NCBI GenBank assembly: GCA_034226945.1
Contig: CP120462.1
Coordinates: forward strand, 434,001 to 498,000
Source: Picochlorum sp. SENEW3
Lineage: Eukaryota
Length of the DNA stretch: 64,000 nucleotides
Direction of reading: 5' to 3'
Made by a program: the position numbers and the translations under genes
The notes under the pieces: model-generated
Databases searched by the model: none
The model's input: the letters and a program-made list of their open reading frames with translations, nothing else
Told to the model about the DNA's origin: nothing
Shown: positions 11,009 through 22,037 of the stretch, in pieces
Layout: the number at the start of each line of letters is the position of its first letter
How positions within the stretch are numbered: position 1 is the stretch's first letter

Positions 11009-13246
11009 CTACTGGTTCTTGTTGGGTGACTGGGTCACATCAAGAGATCCCCCACGGGGACTTTGCTGCTGCTGCTGTGCAAGCATTTGAAATGTCTGCA
11101 AAGCAGCTGGAGAGCGAGCAAGGGCTTCTTGCCATGCTTTGGCTTGTTGAACAAGATGGGCGTTTATTTTCTGCTGGGCTGCTGCCTGCTGTATTGAATA
11201 CAGCTGCAATTGCTCTGCTGGTGAAGAGATTCCAAGACTGTGAGGAACATGGTCCGGTGTATCCTGATGAATAGAAGGACTACCGGACAAAAAATGATGG
11301 CCAAATGTGTTGGGAGAGTCTGACGCCATCAATGATGCTGGACTCATCATGGGGAAGCATGCAGGGGCCAGCGCAGGAGAAAATACCTGGTTCTTATCAG
11401 CAATGTACCCCTGATCCCCTGGCATTTTGACCCTCGACTGAGTATTATTATTTCTCATCAATGGCGGATCATGCGTATGCTTTCCTTCGTATGTGGTAAT
11501 GAGAACGCCAACATTGTCGCTGCATCGTTCCACTTGCTTGCGAACTCTGCAGCCTGTGCTTGTACACTTGTAGTAACTGCGAGGGTGAGGATTTCCCTTG
11601 ACAACCTTTTGACCATATTTTCTCCATTTGTATCCATCCTCAATTTGATCGCTATCAGTCTCAGTTCGAATAACCGTCTTTGAAGTCTCGTGTTTCTTTC
11701 TCTCAGTCTTCTTTTCACGGGGAGCCTTTGATGCAGACTTTTTAGGCATCGCCTTCTTTTCATCAGCCTCTGCGGCGATCATCATCGTATCTTCACGCTT
11801 CATCTTTGTATCATCAATAGATGGATTTTTGAGTTCTCTGCAAATATACGCAGCAGCTGCAGCAATCGCGGCGTTCACAGTCTCATTATCCTCTGTGCCA
11901 AAATCTTCCTCTGCCATTTCCCACTCGTCTTCAGAATTCACTTCACCATGATCCAGCAAATCACTTGGAGCCTGGTGATTTGGACTTGAATACACTGTAT
12001 ATAGAGTATGTGATTTGGTACCATTCTTTGTCTTTGCGATCAAAGGCGAGGAACGCAGAGTTGCAGGAAGTGGCAACAGGTTTGTGGGCGTCCCAGACAT
12101 GCCTGGCCCAAGAGATGGGATATCAGGAGAAAACCCAGTCCCAAGCAGCTGCAACGCCATCACCGCCGATTCCTTCATATCCTCTTTTGAATGCACTTTG
12201 TCAGTGATCGATGTCGTTGGGTCTGTGTGGTCCTGGGACTGTTCACCATGCCTCTTTGAATCCTCAGGTTCCATCACCCGAGTCGCATCAAGCCTCTCAG
12301 ACCCATCGCCACTGGACTGGATCGACACCCTCTTTCGCTTTTGCGTCGGTTTTGAGGGTGTATCATCGTGTGTATACCGGGGTGCCTGTGTCGCACTCTG
12401 AACAAAGGCAGAAACGTCGACACGAGCAGCATTTGGACGAGGATGATTATGCTCACCTCCCTTCAACAATGTATTCGAGATAATTCCTGAAACAGGATCC
12501 CTCTCGACTACTTTCTTCATCGTACATCCAGGCGTACTACACTTGTAATAACTTCGAGGATACTTGCTGCCCTTGACATTCTTCTCTCCATACTTTCTCC
12601 AGTTGTATCCATCATCATTTGCTGCCATACTCACCTGCAGCCCACCATCTCCTGGTGTTATTGCATCAGCAGTATCACTTTCTGCGACACTACTACTTCT
12701 TCTTCTGTCAGCTTCTGATATCACACCTGCCTGTGGTGGCATCATCTGACCCTGCGTAAAGTTCCAAGGATAACACAATCCCACATCAGCTGCTGCTCGG
12801 GCAGCTATTTGAGCAGCAATGATTGCCTGCGCTTCTGTGAAATACGTCTGAGCATACGCATCTCCTCCACCACTTTTACTCAACAAGCTTGTCCCTGTGG
12901 GTGAAAACTCGCTCAATGCATTCCTCATGATTGGAAGAAGAACAGGACTTTCTGCTGGAGGTTTGACACCACTTCTTATCTGCGCAAGCATTTCATCACC
13001 TTTAGAGACCGAATCATTCTTGATGCCGTCTCCTTCTTTCAAACCCTCTTTCATGGGGGCATCTGCCCCACCAGTACCCATTACAGCGTGACGTGTGCCC
13101 TCATCCACCAAGGCATGCCCAACATCCTGCACCTCCTCGCCTTCCTCCTTCTGTTTAATCTCCATCAATGTATTCTTGATAAGCGAATGTGTATGTAAAA
13201 ATGCAAAATCAGGCTCCAATGTGATGCACCCAATCTCAACCATCAA
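11009..13246 (-). CDS. Group I WRKY transcription factor (two WRKY domains)
   Basis: [21 protein letters not shown] and [22 protein letters not shown]-rich C-terminus. Confidence 0.95.
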   Translation of the reverse strand: MMVEIGCITLEPDFAFLHTHSLIKNTLMEIKQKEEGEEVQDVGHALVDEGTRHAVMGTGGADAPMKEGLKEGDGIKNDSVSKGDEMLAQIRSGVKPPAESPVLLPIMRNALSEFSPTGTSLLSKSGGGDAYAQTYFTEAQAIIAAQIAARAAADVGLCYPWNFTQGQMMPPQAGVISEADRRRSSSVAESDTADAITPGDGGLQVSMAANDDGYNWRKYGEKNVKGSKYPRSYYKCSTPGCTMKKVVERDPVSGIISNTLLKGGEHNHPRPNAARVDVSAFVQSATQAPRYTHDDTPSKPTQKRKRVSIQSSGDGSERLDATRVMEPEDSKRHGEQSQDHTDPTTSITDKVHSKEDMKESAVMALQLLGTGFSPDIPSLGPGMSGTPTNLLPLPATLRSSPLIAKTKNGTKSHTLYTVYSSPNHQAPSDLLDHGEVNSEDEWEMAEEDFGTEDNETVNAAIAAAAAYICRELKNPSIDDTKMKREDTMMIAAEADEKKAMPKKSASKAPREKKTERKKHETSKTVIRTETDSDQIEDGYKWRKYGQKVVKGNPHPRSYYKCTSTGCRVRKQVERCSDNVGVLITTYEGKHTHDPPLMRNNNTQSRVKMPGDQGYIADKNQVFSPALAPACFPMMSPASLMASDSPNTFGHHFLSGSPSIHQDTPDHVPHSLGISSPAEQLQLYSIQQAAAQQKINAHLVQQAKAWQEALARSPAALQTFQMLAQQQQQSPRGGSLDVTQSPNKNQ

Positions 13247-13387
13247 TGCCGGTAGCAGTCACACAGTGTTTGCAGTATACTTCTTCTCCACAAGACTATC
13301 TCTTTCCTGGAGACAAATAAAAACATATTATTAAAATATATTCGTCTTCATGCATCGAACTCGTGGAAAGATACCCAGAAAGAGTGC

Positions 13388-13486
13388 GGTCAACATGCCA
13401 GTTGACCCTTCGTTGACTACACCACCGCCCGGTCATCTCCGTCGGTCAACCCTTGACTCCCGCGGATTGACTGGACCGTATTGACC
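13388..13486. promoter_or_regulatory. W-box (TTGACY) array upstream of the WRKY gene
   Basis: Seven TTGACY/RGTCAA sites at 13388, 13402, 13413, 13444, 13453, 13467 and 13481, plus a TGAC core at 13431, within 100 bp. Confidence 0.75.
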
Positions 13487-14770
13487 ACACCCCATCATCA
13501 ACATGTCCCGTACACACCACTGGGACGCATTCCATCGCCCCCGCGATACTCATTCACGTCGTTCTTTCCTCATATTATAGACATCATAGAACGCCACCCA
13601 CAGATGGACAGTCTGCGTCCTTATACCAACCCAGCAGCAGAGGCGTGGATGCCTCCATGATCCCCCTCCCCAAGATTCCCACACCCCGCCCCACCGAGGC
13701 CATGAACAATCTCTCGCAAACACGAAAGAAAACCCATCCCTATGAATCCTCATACCCTCACTCATGCATTCTGTACAGCCCGAGCTACCCAAGCTACCAC
13801 GTTGTATGGTCAGCACAAGACCCCCACCCCGTCCCTGACTGACAAGAACAATACACCCGTCCATCCCCACGCCGCCATCTCTGTCACTACTCTATTTCAA
13901 TAAATATCCTAGATGGTAACCCATCGTGTCCCAATACTACACCCAACGTGACAAGACAACTCCGGTGCCATTCAACCCCACGCGTCATCGAACCACTCTA
14001 CACCCCACCAAACACCCATTCCTACCCTATACCTAGTATATTATCCCCAAAGCAAACGTCTCATATCCCATAGACACCATTTCCTACCCACGAGAACAAG
14101 TTCAATCTTCGAGGTCCCCCCATCCCGTCAACAAGGCACTCTACAATCACATGGACAATAGAACACGCAACTCACCAAGTTTCTATCTTAAAACGATACA
14201 GTGAATCGTCACAGCACCGTTGTTTCGAGTACTGATGCAGAACCTGCCCGTCTGCAACCCTCCTCTCGTCGTCAACTCGTTGAAAATCGAATATCTACGA
14301 GAGATACAGCACTGATCGGTATGTAACGTTGTTGCTCTAGTGCAAGAACATAAACATTGATACAACGAGATGCAAGTGGTATGTTTGGAGGCAGGAGTGT
14401 GTGTGTATCCGAGTAGCAAGGTGATTCAAAACCGGGAACAATTGGGTGGGTCGCTGGACAACATATCCAATCGGTCAAAGAGTGTTCTTGAACGATGTAT
14501 TAATGCATTGCTCTTTGTGAGATTGTGCGAAATGTATCTAATTACAGACTTTTCTCAGGCATCAAGGAAACCAACATAGCGATATCATGGTCTGTATATG
14601 TATTATTGTCTTGAATTGGTCTTAGAAAATAAAACTCAGGGAGCCAGACAGAGCGTCGTCGACATTGAGTCTACACAAGTTGTAACGACCATTTCGTAGA
14701 ACAACCGCCTGTCCCAGCATAGGACACGGAAAATACGCAGAATTAAGAAAATATAGATTAAATAATTGAT

Positions 14771-15463
14771 ATGGGTGAGGATACCGAGTATCATGATACG
14801 ACGATAGAGAACCAGTTGATGACCCCTACGCAACAGCACCAAGGACTCGTGTCTGGTCCATTCGAAGAGCATATTGGTGTCATTGCCGCGCTTCAAGAGA
14901 ACTACATTCAAGATGCGGATGATAATGATGGGCGGGTGATTCAGGCTATACACGATATGTATGATCATATGAAGGATTTGTGTAAACAAAAGGAAATGGC
15001 TGTGAGGGATGTGATTCAGAGTCTCATGGATGAGGAGCAGGCATTGCAGAAGAATGCTGCATATCCGAGGGATGTGGAGGAGCATCCTCGTCGGATGGAT
15101 ACATTACAGGAGGAGAAGAAGAAAGCTGAGACGAGTGTGTCGTCTTTGGAGGCGCAGTTGAATGCGTTGGAGGAAGAGCGGCATGGGATTCAGACATCAC
15201 TGCAAGAGGTGGAGGCACGATGGAACAGGCTCAAGGAGGCAGAAGGGCAGATGAACAGGCAAAAGAACTTGGTGTCTCTGTATTTACATGTGACCAAGAT
15301 TTCTTGGAATTTAAAACGGCTTGGGTCGGGGGATGATATCGCTGGAACGATTGATAACCCAGATGCTGGGATTCTTCAGGATTTTGTCCTTCCTCGAGGA
15401 GACACACGAGACGACTTTGACACAGTAAATGAATTATGGAATATGATCTCTTCTTCATGTTGA
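14771..15463 (+). CDS. Kinetochore protein Spc24-like
   Basis: Long coiled coil followed by LYLHVTKISW...DDFDTVNELWNMI, resembling the Spc24 C-terminal globular domain. Confidence 0.7.
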   Translation: MGEDTEYHDTTIENQLMTPTQQHQGLVSGPFEEHIGVIAALQENYIQDADDNDGRVIQAIHDMYDHMKDLCKQKEMAVRDVIQSLMDEEQALQKNAAYPRDVEEHPRRMDTLQEEKKKAETSVSSLEAQLNALEEERHGIQTSLQEVEARWNRLKEAEGQMNRQKNLVSLYLHVTKISWNLKRLGSGDDIAGTIDNPDAGILQDFVLPRGDTRDDFDTVNELWNMISSSC

Positions 15464-15483
15464 ATATATATAGATTGTTATTA

Positions 15484-15999
15484 TTATTCCCCATCAATGG
15501 TTGCATTCTCACGCTCTTTTTCTCGAATGGCCTGTCGCAGGCCTAGGACAACAAACAAGTTGGTCAATGTCAGCATAAACTCTGCAGACCCGTGCAAGTA
15601 ATCCACATTGGCCAGGGTTGTACCATACACATTCTTGGCGTATATACCAGCAGGGATTGTTGCAAACACAAACACCAAGAGGAAGTAAAACCCAAACAAG
15701 GTGAGCTTTGGAGCCTGCTTGGATCGTGTCAAGTGAAACAGAAATCCAGCATATGGCACAATTGAAAATGCAAATAGATTCTGTGGAAGAGTCTCAGTCA
15801 ATGTCTTGGTATCGACACCCACGCCCCATGCCTGATCCAATGGCCACACGCGTGTTGTTTGGAAAGCCTCTTTCCTCCCCATACTCCTGTGAGGGATTGG
15901 ATACCTCGATGACAATCCCGTGGCCGCCCGTCTATTCTGTACAACTATATTATTTATTCTATGATGCTGAGTGCATCCACACAGCATAGTGGTCTTCAT
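15484..15999 (-). CDS. Plastid membrane protein, DUF3593 family
   Basis: LFAFSIVPYAGFL...GFYFLLVFVFATIPAGIYAK..YG..LANVDYLHGSAE..LTLTN, with a transit-like N-terminus. Confidence 0.8.
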   Translation of the reverse strand: MKTTMLCGCTQHHRINNIVVQNRRAATGLSSRYPIPHRSMGRKEAFQTTRVWPLDQAWGVGVDTKTLTETLPQNLFAFSIVPYAGFLFHLTRSKQAPKLTLFGFYFLLVFVFATIPAGIYAKNVYGTTLANVDYLHGSAEFMLTLTNLFVVLGLRQAIREKERENATIDGE

Positions 16000-16345
16000 T
16001 CTACACTACAACAGAGTAGAGAGTGCAAAAAGGACGTTTTTTTCTTCTCCAGTTCCCGTACTCTTTTGATCACCCACGTGCCATACCACGTCTCTTGCTC
16101 CGGTTTTTTCTTCTTCTTCTTTGGTGTTGTACTAGATATTCTTGTGCGGATCATAGGAGAATGCTCAAGACAATTCTTGGACAAGAAAACATGTTTTGTT
16201 TTGTTCTATTTACGAAACCCAACCTCCTCCAGCGTCGACAAGATGACGTCCCATGGTCTATCTGATTCCTCCGGGTGGGTCATCCATATTCGTATTTCTA
16301 CATATTGGTGTAGATTTGTAGTACTGCGGCGAGTCATACCATACC

Positions 16346-17242
16346 ATGAGGTCGTCCGTCCTGACCTTGCTTCGCGCTGTGCGGGGCTCATCCGTTGCTG
16401 GGGTCGAGTGCACTGTACGTTCCAGTATCCAGACTGTCTTTATTTGATTATTATTCAATAAATGGGCGCGGTCGTGTGTTGGTTGATTGCTGAGACAAAG
16501 AGGTTTTCTTTGTCTCATCTCTCCTGACAATTCGTTCATTCGCGCTTGTGTCATCAATGGCGACGTGGATACTGTACTATACACGTGTATATCTGACGAT
16601 TATATATTTATGCAGTCTATACAGCACCGTAGTGTTGCTCTGTTTGGGTCTTCATCTGTATCTGCAAAGGGCAGCCAAGAGGTGCCTCAGCTTCCTCCTC
16701 AGTTTGGGATCCCAGGGCGATATGCAGCTGCGTTATACATGGCGTCTTTCAAGTCAAACTCTGTGGATAAGGTTGGAAAAGAGATTGCTGAACTGAGTGG
16801 ATTGTTGGCGCAGAGTCCAGAACTCAAGGCATTTGTGAGAGAGCCTGGCATGCCTGCAGCTCGGCGATCTGCTGGGTTGAAGAGCGTTCTGGACAAGATG
16901 GGAGCATCTGATGTGACAAAGAGGTTTATGAATGTCGTAGTGGAGAATAAAAGGACTGCTGATTTGGAAGGAATGCTGAGCAAGTTTGCAGATATTGTGG
17001 CCCAGCAGAAGGGTCAGGTCAAGGCATCAGTCACAACGGCCAAGGCTATGAGCAAGACAGAGTTGGACACCGTGAAGAGTGGGTTGAAGAAGTTGCTCAA
17101 GCAAGGAGAGACGCTGGTGTTGGAGGAAAAGGTAGATCCAAGTATCATCTCTGGTATTGTGATTGATATGGGTGGTAAGCATGTAGACATGAGCGTGCAG
17201 ACGCGCGTGAAAAAGCTTCAGCAGATTATCCGCAATGCTTAG
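16346..17242 (+). CDS. ATP5: Mitochondrial ATP synthase OSCP (delta) subunit (exons 16346-16414 and 16616-17242)
   Basis: Exon 1 MRSSVLTLLRAVRGSSVAGVECT is a presequence, followed by a GTACGT..TGCAG intron. GIPGRYAAALY and VDPSIISG motifs. Confidence 0.92.
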
Positions 17243-17333
17243 ATGATGTTGATTTTGTTTTCCCTCTGTTTTGGATGATGTGTTACCAGATATGTAACCA
17301 ATGAAGCAAATATACCTGCGTGTGCATATGCAA

Positions 17334-18057
17334 TCAAGCCTTGTTGAAATTCTCTCCAGCCTGTTCCCAGTTGACTACATTCCACCAGGCTGAAATATAC
17401 TCTGGCCTCCTGTTCTGATACTTCAAATAGTACGCATGCTCCCAAACATCCAACCCAAGGATTGGCGTTCCTTGCACATCCACGATAGAGGACATGAGTG
17501 GATTATCCTGATTGGGTGTTGATGTAATCTGCAATCGCCTCTCACCAGTAGCCTCATCCTTCACAAGCACCAACCATGCCCACCCACTACCGAATCGAGC
17601 CGCAGCAGCGGCATTGAATTTCTCTTTCATCGCATCCACAGAACCAAAATCTCTGTCAATGGCCTCCTTCAATGCCCCAGCTGGTCCACCAGTACTGGAT
17701 GGATTGCACATGATTTTCCAGAAGAAGGAATGGTTCCAATGCCCACCCCCATTATTTCGCACCGCAGTTGCGATGGAGTCGGGCACAGAGGCAACCTTGG
17801 CATTAATATCCTCAATTCCAAGCCCCTTGAATTCTGGAAAATCTTCCAAGGCTTTATTGATGTTGTTCACATACGTTTGATGGTGCTTTGTGTGATGAAT
17901 GGTCATGGTCGTCGTATCGACAAACGGCTGCATTACATACACGATCGAATGAATAATTACAGTATTTATGCAAAACCCATTTGTATTATGCATTGGATTT
18001 TAACCATACCTCGAGTGAGTCGTATCCATATGGAAGTTCTGGGAGACTGAAGGACAT
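17334..18057 (-). CDS. Mn superoxide dismutase (exons 18057-18010 and 17927-17334)
   Basis: MSFSLPELPYGYDSLE|PFVD..HHTKHH, NNGGGHWNH (Mn-type GGG) and DVWEHAYY. Confidence 0.93.
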
Positions 18058-18494
18058 TTTTTTTTCTTTCTTGTTATTATCTCTACAAGTACTAGAGACG
18101 TTGCTTGTGTATAGATTATAGAATAATAATATATTCCAACGACAGATGGAGGAGGAGACGAGAGTGAAATATGATGCTGACGATGCATCCCCTCCAAGGC
18201 AAGCAAGCATGGCTCTCTGTGGTAGAATATTTTAAATCTAAATTTCGGAATCCTGGTCAGATCTCTACAGATCTCTCAGTGAGTCGTTCGAATTCTGCGT
18301 GCCATGCATTCATCATCTGGATCAAGAATGGCATTATTCAAATAATAATATCATTGTTTCACTTCAAAATCTTTGTTGATCAGACCGCGTCTACGAACGA
18401 TAGAGGCAGAAAAGAGTATCGAAGAAGATTGACGACTGGTACCACTCCATATTCATATTCTCGGACCTACAGCAGCCACTCTTCTTAGAATATC

Positions 18495-18999
18495 ATGTCC
18501 ACAACATCATCTGCAGAGAAAAGAGCCGATGGACTGCGTCAGGTATGGATAGATTGCCGGATATATTGCCGTGTGCGACACATGTGACTCTGGTAACACA
18601 ACTCATGTGCAGGCTATGGAGCGCATGATCTCTGTTTTGGATAAAAACCACCTCCGACACCTTCAGAAAGAATCATACATGTGTATGGCACGGTGTTGTG
18701 ATACATCAGCGACGGCAGCAGACTTGCAGCACTGTTGTCAGGAGTGTGAAAGAAAAGTGCAGATTGCCGAGAAGACTGTCCAAAACAGCATGAATGACTT
18801 TCAGGAGCGGTTGCAGCGGTGTGTGCAGCGATGTCAGGACGCAGCACAGGAGTCTCTTCCTGTGAGTCCATCCGATAAGGATATTACGAAAGCGCAGGAA
18901 GCTTTGGCGAATTGTGCAGCAAACTGTGCCGAAGAGTATGAGAAGCAGATTCCAAAGCTTCAGGCAACTCTAGTGGATAAACTCCGCCAGGTCAAATAA
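18495..18999 (+). CDS. FAM136A/DUF842 family protein (exons 18495-18542 and 18613-18999)
   Basis: Paired Cx3C motifs (CMARCC, CCQEC, CVQRC, CAANC) and FQERLQRC. Confidence 0.85.
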
Positions 19000-19079
19000 A
19001 AATAATATCATTCATAATTCAATGGTAATAAAGTTAATATTACTGCTATAGAATAATAATACGCTGTCGTCGTCCTGCG

Positions 19080-19379
19080 ATGGTGTGTGGCAAATGTGAG
19101 AAAAAGTTGAGCAAGCATCCCTGTCAGGACACGTGGAAGTCTGGTTCTCGGAATACCATAGAGTCAGGAGGTAGAAAATTAAATGAAAATAAAGTGCTGA
19201 GTACGTCGAAACGATGGAAGCCGTACGGTGCGGCGTGCAAATTGTGTAAATCTTCAGTGCAAGATGGATCATACAAATACTGCCAGAAGTGCGCTTACGC
19301 TAAAGCATTATGCGCCATGTGTGGCAAACAAATGATTGAAACGAAGGAATTGAAACGATATAAGCAGAGTACGGCCTAG
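19080..19379 (+). CDS. CRIPT: Cysteine-rich PDZ-binding protein CRIPT
   Basis: MVCGKCEKKL..GGRKLNENK..CKLCK..YCQKCAY..CAMCGK. Confidence 0.93.
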   Translation: MVCGKCEKKLSKHPCQDTWKSGSRNTIESGGRKLNENKVLSTSKRWKPYGAACKLCKSSVQDGSYKYCQKCAYAKALCAMCGKQMIETKELKRYKQSTA

Positions 19380-19443
19380 TGAGAGATGATGTGGAGCCTC
19401 TACAGCGTAACATTTACACATTACTACTAGAATACTAGGTAAT

Positions 19444-20110
19444 TTATCCATACAATCCTCCCTTTGTCTTCTTCTCTCCTCCAATCTCAAAGTGCTTGCA
19501 TCGCTTAATGGCGTGCATGTGTCTAGTCTTGCAAATCTGGCACTGCAAGTTCAACACAATCTTCTTAGTGGTCTTTGCCTTTTTATGGAACACTGGCTTT
19601 GTCTGACCTCCGAAACCAGCCTGCTTTTTATCGTAACGACGCTTTCCCTGGGCATACAATGAAGCTTTACCAGTCTTGTACTGGGTCACCTTGTGCATGG
19701 TGTGCTTCTTGCATTTTTTGTCCTTGCAATAGGCCTTTTTCGTCTTTGGGACGTTCACCTGCACACAATCGCACGATGGCATACTCATTAGCATCGAGAA
19801 CTCATAGAAAAACAACAAAACCAACATGTATCGAGAAGAAATGATAGAGCTGGGAAGAGAGCGCGAGAGAGGCAGTCTGCCACCTGGAGTGGGCACAAAC
19901 TTGTTGTTCTCGCTCTTGTTCTGTCTGGCGGCAACGCCCATGGCAATGATTTTGATCAAAAAATAGCCGCATGTAAACACCGCAGATACTGGTGATGAAT
20001 CGAGAACCACCACCAACGCCGCCTGCCCTCCATCCATGTGCTACAGAGAACGAGCCGCCTCCTCGACTCACATGCTCCTCACTCCATCATATTCCACCGA
20101 GACGCACCAT
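19444..20110 (-). CDS. RPL36A: 60S ribosomal protein eL42 (L36a/L44); ATG-only first exon (20110-20108), intron 20107-19759
   Basis: [49 protein letters not shown] donor and TGCAG|GTG acceptor. First-exon placement is inferred. Confidence 0.92.
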
Positions 20111-20584
20111 ATTGATGATTCTAAGTATATAAATATATAAATATATTAATGTACTAGTGGGAGACCAGGAAGCCACCAGCTGGCTATGATGCTGCCTGCA
20201 GACGTCGGTGTGCGAAGGCAGTGTCAAAATGGCAACCATGGAATTAAAAATGGTTCCCACCAGACACACATTCGGGAGTGGGTGCTCTCTTACACATCTG
20301 TATTGTCTTGCTTCCACTGACTAGAGACGTAAAATGCGATACATGTAGTCTTACCAAGATACAGCGTGCAGTCTGTTTGAAGAACCAGTCGTAGTCTCAA
20401 CAACAAACAAAAGACGGATCATTTGCAAATTTTGCCTTCTCGTTCACCCACACGTACTAGTAGTATCCCCCTCCACGGCATCCTTGGCATCACCCTTTCA
20501 TACAAATAGGTCATGGGGCTGTCAAATTTTGTAGTAACAGTAGGTACGTCCTCTGAGGAGAGTAAGAAACTCTTCAGCATTGCA

Positions 20585-20908
20585 ATGCTCAACAGACAAG
20601 ACAAGAAGAAACATGACATCATGCATATGAGTGCAGTTGGCGTTGGTGCCATAGCCATGCTTATGAAGACGGATGTAAGAACATCTGCCTCCATGCTGAG
20701 GCGGAATTTAAGACATATTAGATCTTGGATGGAAGAGACTGCAGCAACAGGGTATGCAGAATACAGACTCTTTTTTCACCATCATCATATAGTCTCACCG
20801 ATTGATTGCTTGTACATATACTGCAGTGAACAGACCGCCACCAAGCAGATAAAATCAGGGAAGAAGCCGCCATCATCGGAAGGTCCTGTCAATGATGATA
20901 AACTATAG
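20585..20908 (+). CDS. Small conserved plant-type membrane-anchored protein (likely intron ~20752-20826)
   Basis: Hydrophobic stretch then DVRTSASMLRRNLRHIRSWMEE, resembling a conserved uncharacterised plant family; GTATGC..TGCAG intron. Confidence 0.55.
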   Translation: MLNRQDKKKHDIMHMSAVGVGAIAMLMKTDVRTSASMLRRNLRHIRSWMEETAATGYAEYRLFFHHHHIVSPIDCLYIYCSEQTATKQIKSGKKPPSSEGPVNDDKL

Positions 20909-20945
20909 TGGATTTACAGAGCAAAAAGATGAAACAATGCAAAAA

Positions 20946-21406
20946 TTAGTCACCCTTGGCGGACTCTGCATGCGTACTTGCTTTATGACCCTGTGATTTG
21001 TTCTCATTCTTTTCCGCTTCTCTAAACTTTTGCAAGTAGAGGGTCAACGGTTGCAGATACTCTTTGAAGAACAAGACATCCATCGCCCAGAGCAGGTCGT
21101 CCCCATTAATGGTCTTTCTCTTCTCCCTCTGACACTTATCACTCGCCCTACACAATATTTATACGTATTATATGGTAATATAGACACACGCGTGGCATAA
21201 TATGCTCAAATAACCTACTCGCTGGTGATGAATGAGATGAATTCTGAAACACACTCTTGTACGACATCTTTCGCATCCTTGGCGATTTTTGCATTTTTCG
21301 GTAGCGAACGCTTCATGATTCGACCAATATTCGCTATGGGTAAGTATCTATCCTGTTCTCTACTGGCAACAACGACGGTGGTTCCGTCATCCTCTTCTTG
21401 AGCCAT
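20946..21406 (-). CDS. NF-YB: Nuclear factor Y subunit B (HAP3), 2 exons
   Basis: [39 protein letters not shown] | [22 protein letters not shown]. Confidence 0.95.
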
Positions 21407-21885
21407 ACGTTCTATATTCTTTCCGTTGTTTCTATATATAGACCGATGTATTGCTATTTTTTTCAAATTTAGTGCAATTGGATTGGATTTGCACCGCAAG
21501 GGTTGTTTTCAATACTATTGGGTATTCAGAGACTCGCCATCTCCGTAATGGGGCTCCTTATATCCCGAATAAGAACTGTGGCCTAATTCGCCGCCTGCCG
21601 GGCCTGTGCCTGCCTAATTAATCCCGCCGAGGGCCTAAATCGACTAAGAAGCCTGTTCTGCGTCGAATGGTCCAAAACTCGTCTGGCGGGGACGGGCGGA
21701 AGGTGGAAATGCGGTGATTCGGACGAATTTCGATGTAAACTTTCTAGGACGACAGCCTTTGTGGCGCACAGAGTGAAAAGTTTGTACAAAATAAAAAACC
21801 GGAAAACAAAACATGGACGCAAAGGGTCAAAGATGAGGAAGATATTGTGACTAATGTTCGCGATAGTCGGACGTGGACTGAAGGG

Positions 21886-21976
21886 TTGACTGAGCGTCAC
21901 CTGGTGACAGGAAGAGTCAACGTGCTACGATGCGGCCAGTTGACCAGGCATTTCATCCATAAAGACCATGTTGACT
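21886..21976. promoter_or_regulatory. W-box cluster upstream of the RepHel ORF
   Basis: TTGACY (each preceded by G) at 21886, 21915 (reverse), 21940 and 21971, about 60-150 bp before ATG 22038. Confidence 0.5.
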
Positions 21977-22037
21977 GCTATCAATATGTGATACTTGGAA
22001 TAATCATGTAAAAAGATTGAAACTTTTGATAATAACC

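Noticed and set aside
10747..11274. 175-aa plus-strand ORF overlapping the WRKY 3' end
   Set aside because: Non-ATG start, antisense to a Q/A-rich coding tail, no recognisable motifs; a shadow ORF.
16480..16560. TPP riboswitch-like GCTGAGA in the OSCP intron
   Set aside because: The downstream conserved TPP elements are absent and the host gene is unrelated to thiamine.
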